Position numbers and translations under genes: made by a program. This document shows, in pieces, positions 57,705 through 64,000 of a DNA stretch of 64,000 bases; positions within the stretch are counted from its first letter, which is position 1, and every line of letters begins with the position of its first letter. A model generated the notes under the pieces. The model searched no databases, was not told the DNA's origin, and saw nothing but the letters and a program-made list of their open reading frames with translations. The stretch is from Spirochaetia bacterium. GTDB lineage: Bacteria > Spirochaetota > Spirochaetia > SZUA-6 > Bin103. The DNA is taken from positions 896,001 through 960,000 of the forward strand of contig CBDATQ010000002.1 in assembly GCA_965199955.1 (NCBI GenBank), in the 5' to 3' direction.

Positions 57705-58194
57705 GGCAACTCCTCCTGCGGCTCGGTCGCGGTCCCGCACCGTAGCGGAGGAGGCGCGCAGTGTCCACGCATCAGGGCGCGCCGAGGATGTCGGCCAGGT
57801 GGGCAAAGCCGCCGCGCACGGGCCCTCTCCGTCAGCGGCCCCCGTTGGCATGTCGGCCTTGCTGTCGACCGGCGGTCCGGAAGACGAGCTGAAACCTGCC
57901 GTGCAGCGCCTTGCGCGCGTCATCGGCCGATATGGGAGGTCACTATAGAACCTGCCGCGTGCAGGCACAGAGAGTGGCCCGTTGGTCTTCAGGCGATGCT
58001 CTATTTGGCCGACCACGGACTTAGATCAGGAGCGAAGATAGTTGCGAATTACACAACGCCAGTAGCGCGGGAGATTTCGGCATGGCAGGTAGGCGGAGGG
58101 GCGGTACCATCGTACCCACGGCATCCTGGGCTTCAGCCGGTTGCCCCTTGGCCCGCTTGACGCCACGGTGTCGGTCTACCATGCTCAGCACGCC

Positions 58195-59376
58195 ATGTCG
58201 CTGGGAACAACGCTCGCCGACATAACGACGAGGTTACGCAAGAACGGGTATCCGAACGAGCAGGCGATCTCGCAAGGAATCGTCCTTAGGCTACTTCGGG
58301 AACTGGGTTGGGACACGTATGATCCCACTGTGGTCTGGCCCGAATACCAGACAGGAGACGGACGAGCGGACTTCGCACTGTGTCATCCGCGATCGAAGCC
58401 GGCGATTGTTATCGAGGTCAAGCAGGTGGGCAGAGCGGACGGCGCCGTGAGGCAGGCGCTACAGTATGCGTTCCACTGTGGCGTGCCTTTCGTAGTTCTC
58501 ACCGATGGCAGATTCTGGAACTTCTACCTTCCAGCTGCGCAGGGTGACTACGAGGATCGACGGATTCATCGACTTGACCTGTTTGATCGGTCGGCGAGCG
58601 AAGCCACGGAAGCGTTTCGGCGCTATCTCGCTCATGAGAACGTAACTTCCGGCCAATCGCTCAAGACTGCACAAGCCGAGTACGACACGCTTAGCAAACG
58701 CACGCAAGCGACAGGGGCCATGTCTGAAGTCTGGCGAGAATTGGTGGAAGAAAGAGCCGAGGCACTAATCGAGGTTCTGCTAAACGCGGTGGAATCCAAG
58801 GTAGGGTACCGTCCGAACCCAGACGATGCTGCTGAATTCCTGAGTACTCGACTTGCCGTGGTACCCGCAGCACCGCAGTCCGGAAGTACTGCCGCACAAG
58901 ACGACTCAACCGCTGTAGCACCTTCAAGCCGTGCCAAGAGAGGCGTGACCACTGTGTCGAAGACACGTGCAGGAGAGACCATCTCGCCTGTATCTCCGGA
59001 TAGCCCTGTATCTCCGGATAGCAGGGTGCCGCTTGCCGAGGAAAAGACACTCTACATCGTCGGCAACAGGTACCAATTCCCGACCGCCAACAAAGCGCTG
59101 GCCATCGTGCTTCGAGAGCTGGCGAACAAGGACCCTTCCTTTCTCGAGCGTTGTGCACGCGATCCACGCGCTCAAGGTAGAAAGCGGCGTCTCATCGGCC
59201 GAACACCCGAAGAGCTCTATCCGCACGACAAGAAGCGCTGGCCTGATCACGAGAAGTTGCCGGGAGGATGGGTGATCGCTACTCACAACAGTAATTCTCG
59301 AAAGCGCCGGTTCATTGAATTCGCTGCCGAAGTCGCTGGAGTTAAGATGGACAAGGATATCGTGATCCCGTTTTGA
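58195..59376 (+). CDS. HsdR_N-like PD-(D/E)XK endonuclease fused to a SeqA-like C-terminal domain
   Basis: NE...LRELGWD...PEY...RADFAL...IEVK...QALQYA...VLTDGRFW, then a low-complexity linker, then GRKRRLIGRTPEELY...GWVIATHNSNSRK. Lower GC. Confidence 0.75.
   Translation: MSLGTTLADITTRLRKNGYPNEQAISQGIVLRLLRELGWDTYDPTVVWPEYQTGDGRADFALCHPRSKPAIVIEVKQVGRADGAVRQALQYAFHCGVPFVVLTDGRFWNFYLPAAQGDYEDRRIHRLDLFDRSASEATEAFRRYLAHENVTSGQSLKTAQAEYDTLSKRTQATGAMSEVWRELVEERAEALIEVLLNAVESKVGYRPNPDDAAEFLSTRLAVVPAAPQSGSTAAQDDSTAVAPSSRAKRGVTTVSKTRAGETISPVSPDSPVSPDSRVPLAEEKTLYIVGNRYQFPTANKALAIVLRELANKDPSFLERCARDPRAQGRKRRLIGRTPEELYPHDKKRWPDHEKLPGGWVIATHNSNSRKRRFIEFAAEVAGVKMDKDIVIPF
58987..59022. repeat. 18-bp perfect tandem duplication CCTGTATCTCCGGATAGC x2 (PVSPDS x2)
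   Basis: Read directly. Confidence 0.9.
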
Positions 59377-59611
59377 TAAGGATTGCTTCGCCGGACTGTC
59401 GCTCGCCACGAATCCGGCCTGCGAGTCGTGAATTGGCTGCCAAGGGAGGGGACGTTTTCAGGGACCTCTCAAGCCCGAGCGCTGCCCTTGAAGCTCCGCT
59501 TCCGGCTCCGATTGTTAACCCAAGCCGGGCTTGGCTTCGATTCCCCGCCCGGACGGGCGCTATATAACAGCCGCTCAGCCGCCTCGGCGGTTGGCCCTAT
59601 ACGCGGTGGCT

Positions 59612-59980
59612 ATGGTATCATTCGCTCAGGCACTTGAGGCTGGGTACCTTTCAGCGTTGCGCGGCCTGCCGAAAGACCACTACCACTACCACTACCACTG
59701 TTACTTCGGTACCCGTATCGAGAACGTCGAGCGCTGGCTGGGGCTGAGGCGCGTATCTGCGAAGCGATCGACTCGGGCATGTTCGAGTCCATCGATCTGT
59801 ACGGCGATGAAGCTGGATGCTCACTCGATTCCGTGGTCCCGCTCTATGACCGCGCTCGATCGGCAGGAATAAAGCTGAAGGCGCACGTGGGCGAATTCGA
59901 AGGACCGGAACGGGTGAGGGAGGCCGCTGACCGACTCGGATTGGCGGAGATCCAGCACGGAATCGCAGCGGCAGAGTCCG
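59612..59980 (+). pseudogene. Adenosine-deaminase-family remnant
   Basis: LPKD-HYHYHY-HC (expanded HxH motif), an internal gap, then SIDLYGDE...KAHVGEF...IQHGIAAA. C-terminus missing. Confidence 0.7.
59677..59700. repeat. Hexamer microsatellite (CCACTA)3 CCACTG
   Basis: Read directly. Confidence 0.9.
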
Positions 59981-60072
59981 AGGACGAATCGGAAAGCGGC
60001 GTCGATCGTCCTCGGTTCCGGTTCATCGACAGGGCGATGCGCGCGTCCCGTGAGCGTAAAGGGGAGGAACCG

Positions 60073-60498
60073 ATGGCACCGACATTCGTCGTCGAGGAGA
60101 CGATCGAGAGACCGGCAGGGGAAGTGTGGGAGGCCCTTACCGACTGGAGCAACGCCCACCGGTGGATGCCCGGCGTCGACCGGATGGAGGCTCGGGGCGA
60201 GACCGCGGAGGGCACGGAGATCCGCTTCCATGCCCGAAACGCGGAGCGGACGTCGGTCATTGCCCGCTGCGATGTTGGGCGGTCGATCGTGCTGCGATCT
60301 GTGCAGGGCGGAGTGACCGCGGACTACACGTACGAGCTGGATCCGGCCGATGACGCCGCTACCCGCGTGACGCTGGTCGCCGAGTGCCGCTTCCGCGGGC
60401 TGCTTCTCCTGGTGATGTCGCCGCTCATCCGGCGGGCGATCCGCAGCGCCGACGGCGTACAACTCAAGCAACTCAAGAAGGTCGTGGAGGCGGACTGA
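60073..60498 (+). CDS. SRPBCC (START-like) family protein
   Basis: TIERPAGEVWEALTDW...W.PG...LKQLKKVVE. RBS GGAGG. Confidence 0.85.
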   Translation: MAPTFVVEETIERPAGEVWEALTDWSNAHRWMPGVDRMEARGETAEGTEIRFHARNAERTSVIARCDVGRSIVLRSVQGGVTADYTYELDPADDAATRVTLVAECRFRGLLLLVMSPLIRRAIRSADGVQLKQLKKVVEAD

Positions 60499-60515
60499 CC
60501 GGCCGCGCCGGACGC

Positions 60516-61382
60516 TCAGGTGCCGGCCGGCGCGGCCGCGGATTCGTAGATCCGCACCCACTCCTCGGCCGACGGGCAGACGGATGCGGGGTCTCTCCGG
60601 CTGCGGGCGATGAACCCCGGCACCTGCTGACGGCCGGTGGGAAGGTCGGGGTGCGAGTAGCGCAGGTCGAGGCTCCAGCGGATGTGGTCGGAGACGTTCG
60701 GTATCGAGCGGTGCATGGTCTTGTGCTGGGTCAGGAGCACGCCGCCGACGCGCACCGCGCAGAGGACGCGCTCGCCGTCGGGGAGCTGCTCGTCGACGAC
60801 GCCCTTGAAGTTGCCCGCCGGTCCCATGCCACGCTCGTGGCTGATCAGCGGCGCGCGGTGGCTGCCGGCGATGACCTCCATGCAGCCGTTCTCCCGCGTG
60901 GCGTCGACCAGCGGGATCCAGAGGTTGACCATGAAGGTCGCCTCGGCGTCGGGCTGCAGGTAGCCCAGGTCCTGGTGCCACGGCACGACGCCCTCGTCCT
61001 GATGGGGCCGCTTGGCGCGGACGTTGAACTGCGGATGAGCCAGGATCTCCGGCCCGATCACGGACTCGACGATGTCGAGGAGGGACGGACAGGTGTAGAT
61101 CCGGAACATCCCCGGCGTGCGCTGCTTGCCGCGGCCCAGGTCCAGCAGGGGGGCCGGGTCGTCGAGTTGCAGCGCCAGCGCGTGGAACCGGCGCTCGAAC
61201 GGCTCGTCCGCGTGCGCGTCGGACAGCCGGCCGTCGGCCATCGCGGTGTGCGCGAAGGCGTCGATGTTCGCGTCGAGCTCGGCGCAGAACGGCTTGAGCA
61301 CCGCCGGGTCGATGGCGTCGTCGACGAGGAGGTAGCCCTCATCGCGGAAGAAGGCGAATTGTCGCTCGGTCAGTCCCGACAT
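60516..61382 (-). CDS. Phytanoyl-CoA dioxygenase (PhyH) family protein
   Basis: FFRDEGY, PWHQD, WIPLVDATRENGC, GSH, HRSIPN and RWSLDLRY. Confidence 0.9.
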   Translation of the reverse strand: MSGLTERQFAFFRDEGYLLVDDAIDPAVLKPFCAELDANIDAFAHTAMADGRLSDAHADEPFERRFHALALQLDDPAPLLDLGRGKQRTPGMFRIYTCPSLLDIVESVIGPEILAHPQFNVRAKRPHQDEGVVPWHQDLGYLQPDAEATFMVNLWIPLVDATRENGCMEVIAGSHRAPLISHERGMGPAGNFKGVVDEQLPDGERVLCAVRVGGVLLTQHKTMHRSIPNVSDHIRWSLDLRYSHPDLPTGRQQVPGFIARSRRDPASVCPSAEEWVRIYESAAAPAGT

Positions 61383-61469
61383 GCGTGGTTCCCTCCGGGT
61401 CAGGCTGACCAGCTTACCCCGATTCGGTCGCGCGCGGGGCAGTGAGCGTAGCGAACCTCACTCGAAGAG

Positions 61470-61495
61470 TGAACCTTTTGCCCTTGAACCGCGCC
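61470..61495 (+). promoter_or_regulatory. Possible ECF-type autoregulated promoter
   Basis: TGAACC-N16-CGCC upstream of the sigma gene, with further GAACC copies at 61453 and 61486. Confidence 0.35.
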
Positions 61496-61521
61496 CTGTG
61501 AGATGAAGCCGGACAGGACCG

Positions 61522-62958
61522 ATGGAGCCTCGCACGGATCGCACCGACCACACCGATCAGGATCTCGCCCGGAGCATCCGGAGCGGCGACAAGGACGCTT
61601 TCGTCGCGCTGGTCCGGCGCTACGAGCGGCCGTTGAGTGCGCTGGTCCGCGATCGGGTGGGATCGGGCGACGAGGTCGAGGACGTGCTGCAGGAGACGCT
61701 CATGCGGGCGTGGTCGGGGCTGCGGGTGCAGGAGCCGAAGAACGTACGCGCGTGGCTCTACCAGGCGGCTCGGAACTGCTGCAGCGACCACCTCCGTTCA
61801 AGGCAACGGCGGGAGCGGATCGCCGGGCCGGAGGAGCTTGCGCTGACCGTGAACCGCCTGGGGGTCGCAGACGCACGGCGTCGCCGGTCGGCAGAGGATG
61901 TGGTCGACGCGTTGCAGGCAGTGCCGGAGCAGGAGCGGCTGGCGCTGCGTGCCTTCTACCTGGACGGCATGAGCATCGCCGAGATAGCCGCCCGCCATCG
62001 CTGTCCGCCGGGCACGGTCAAGCGCCGGCTGTCCCACGGTCGCGACCGCGTGCGCAGAGAACTGGGCATCACCAAGACGAGGAGGGTTGTTGCGATGAGT
62101 GTCGACGACAGGAGCCCCGCGAAGCTGCCGTTTCCCGAGCGTCGCCCGGAGATCACGGTCTCCAGGAGCACGGGGCAGCCGTTCTCCATCGACCTTCGCG
62201 AGCTGGCGTGGTGGTTCATCGTGCCGGAAATCGGCGAACGGGTGCGCTGGGCCGAATACGAGCAGACCCGCGACGGTTCGGCGCCGAAGTTGACCGAGGT
62301 CAACTCGATGGTGGCCCGCCGCCCGGCGATCGTTCACGGACGGGAGTGCGTGGAGATCGAGGTCGACGAACGGGCGTATGGCGATCGGACGGGGTTGGTC
62401 CCGCTTAATCACTCTCCCGATGACGAGTATCGACGCACCAGGGTCTGGGGCCGGCTGGACGATACCGAGGTGCAGTGGGTGGCGTATGAGTCCACCTGGA
62501 AGGGCGACGGCACGCGAGAACAGACCTTTCTCGACGAGAGCTGGCAGCGCAGCTTCGGCTCGTTCGCTCGCCGGATCGAGGACAAGGGCTACCTGACCGA
62601 GCGGCCGGACGGAACCTTGGAACGGGGTGCGGACGCTCCCGACATGTTCGCGAGCGGCCTGTTCGACATCCGTATCGGCGAACGTGAGTTCGCGTGCATG
62701 CGTGTCTTCGAAATCGAACCGGATGCAACCGAAGCCGACACGCTGGTTCTGGCTTACCTGAGCCGCGAGGGCCGCACGGTCCTGTTCCGGAGATACAACG
62801 GCAACCGGTGGGGCAAGCTGGACCAGCCGCCGCACCGAACGGGCGGTACCGAGATGACCTGGGCCGAGGATCTGCCGCACGCTCATCGGCTGGCGATCGA
62901 CGGCAAGACCTACGTGCACCAGTGGGATTACCTGACCGAGGAAGCCTGCGGACTCTAG
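61522..62958 (+). CDS. ECF sigma-70 factor with a ~290-aa C-terminal extension
   Basis: Region 2 (DKDAFVALVRRY, EDVLQET, RAWLYQAARN) and region 4 (GMSIAEIA, PGTVKRRLSHGR), followed by an unrecognised beta-rich domain. Confidence 0.85.
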   Translation: MEPRTDRTDHTDQDLARSIRSGDKDAFVALVRRYERPLSALVRDRVGSGDEVEDVLQETLMRAWSGLRVQEPKNVRAWLYQAARNCCSDHLRSRQRRERIAGPEELALTVNRLGVADARRRRSAEDVVDALQAVPEQERLALRAFYLDGMSIAEIAARHRCPPGTVKRRLSHGRDRVRRELGITKTRRVVAMSVDDRSPAKLPFPERRPEITVSRSTGQPFSIDLRELAWWFIVPEIGERVRWAEYEQTRDGSAPKLTEVNSMVARRPAIVHGRECVEIEVDERAYGDRTGLVPLNHSPDDEYRRTRVWGRLDDTEVQWVAYESTWKGDGTREQTFLDESWQRSFGSFARRIEDKGYLTERPDGTLERGADAPDMFASGLFDIRIGEREFACMRVFEIEPDATEADTLVLAYLSREGRTVLFRRYNGNRWGKLDQPPHRTGGTEMTWAEDLPHAHRLAIDGKTYVHQWDYLTEEACGL

Positions 62959-62983
62959 CGGGCAGCCGAATCGCACGGATGGC

Positions 62984-63184
62984 ATGAACGAGCGAGTCCA
63001 AAGCGTTGTGGCCGGAACCAAGCGTCTCATCCTGGAACGCCTGGGGCTGACCCGCTTCGTGGACGAGATCGTGGTGATGGATGGCGGTAGCGTCGTGGAA
63101 CGCGGCGACCACGCGTCGCTCATGGACGCCGGCGGTCTGTACGCCCGCATGTTCGAGACGCAGGCGCGGCCGTACCTCGACTGA
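62984..63184 (+). pseudogene. Hollowed ABC exporter gene
   Basis: About 18 N-terminal codons are joined in frame to the terminal RLGLTRFVDEIVVMDGG...GDHASLM..GGLYARMFETQA. Confidence 0.7.
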
Positions 63185-63211
63185 GCCTCGGCTTTGTCAG
63201 AGAGTCGCACG

Positions 63212-64000
63212 ATGAACCTCGCAGCACTCACCGGACCGAAGGCGTTCGGCAGGGCATACCGGATCATGCTCGACAACGATCCGCATGGCGCTGCCAGCGT
63301 CGATCGCGAGATCGTGGCGAGCATGATCCGGCTCTGCGACGATACCGCTGGCGACCTCTATGACGGTTACCCTATCCAGTCGGCCGGCTGTGTCGCGGGA
63401 GCTCGTCCGGCGCTGGAGCGCTTCCTTGCCCGGGCGGGGATGTCCGCAGGCGGTCCCGAGCAACGGGTCGCCGCCATCGCGGAGCTGACGCGCGGCCTGG
63501 CTGACAGGAGCCCGGCCGGCGGACTGGCGGCGATGAGGTTCGGAGGCACGGAAGAACAGATCGTCGAACGGGGTTCCGACTGGTGCGCGGACGTGGCACG
63601 GGTCGGGTGTGCGCTGTATCAGGTTGCCGGCTTTCCGTGCCGGATGGTGTATCTGTTCGATCTGCGGGCCGCCTACAGTGGACACGTGATCGTGGAGGTC
63701 GGTCGTTCCGGGAAGTGGGGCGCGGTCGACTCGATGTGTGGCGTCGTCTATCGCACGGGCGACGGCGCGCCCGCGAACACCTGGGAGCTCATGAACGATG
63801 CCGGCCTGGTGGAGCGGCACGCAGGCCCGCAAGCGTGGTACACGAACCCGGAGCAGTTCACGGCGGCCGGGATCGCCAACTACCACGTACGGGATGCGGC
63901 GCGGTACGACTACCCGGTGACCGGCGTGAACAACTACACGCGCGCCGTCCTGTCCATGGCCGACCGCGGGTGGCCGGGCGGCCTTCGCTGGCTGCACGGC
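63212..64000 (+). CDS. 3'-partial transglutaminase-like (Cys-His-Asp) protein
   Basis: Not in the ORF track because it has no stop in the window. Reads MNLAALTG...DWCADVARV...AGFPCR...SGHVIVEV...WGAVDS. Confidence 0.75.
   Translation, partial: MNLAALTGPKAFGRAYRIMLDNDPHGAASVDREIVASMIRLCDDTAGDLYDGYPIQSAGCVAGARPALERFLARAGMSAGGPEQRVAAIAELTRGLADRSPAGGLAAMRFGGTEEQIVERGSDWCADVARVGCALYQVAGFPCRMVYLFDLRAAYSGHVIVEVGRSGKWGAVDSMCGVVYRTGDGAPANTWELMNDAGLVERHAGPQAWYTNPEQFTAAGIANYHVRDAARYDYPVTGVNNYTRAVLSMADRGWPGGLRWLHG

Noticed and set aside
57849..57948. GGPEDELKPAVQRL, reminiscent of type ISP RM N-termini
   Set aside because: Too short to support, although it lies next to the nuclease gene.
59779..60498. 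Adenosine deaminase-SRPBCC fusion ORF
   Set aside because: The SRPBCC gene has its own GGAGG RBS and ATG at 60073. The upstream part is a pseudogene fragment that happens to be in frame.

Overview
High-GC bacterial chromosomal window with about 55 intact CDS. No rRNA, tRNA or CRISPR array was seen. Recognisable core content: a cobalamin-riboswitch-controlled corrinoid uptake/salvage operon (btuC-btuF-btuD-cobT-cobS-cbiB-[Thr-P decarboxylase remnant]-cobC-cobU), a convergent cobQ, an actinobacterial-type topA, rtcB, modA plus a fused modBC, an AbrB/Doc toxin-antitoxin pair and an ECF sigma factor with a long C-terminal extension. Most other genes are small-molecule/sugar catabolic enzymes (aldo-keto reductases, GH4, TIM-barrel isomerases, PhyH-type dioxygenases, SDR, cupins, amidohydrolases), a content typical of some sponge-associated/marine symbiont genomes (inference only). 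The most striking signal is about a dozen gene remnants, most of them 'hollowed out': the N-terminus is joined directly to a distal or C-terminal part with the middle missing. One junction reads as family-consistent sequence in both frames, as expected for microhomology-mediated deletion. Several short tandem duplications also occur. Other unusual items are a 71-bp TA-flanked inverted-repeat mini-element, a PD-(D/E)XK nuclease fused to a SeqA-like domain, an amidohydrolase-aminotransferase fusion and a secreted protein with repeated WWxxL motifs. All family calls come from motif recognition by eye; no database searches were run.
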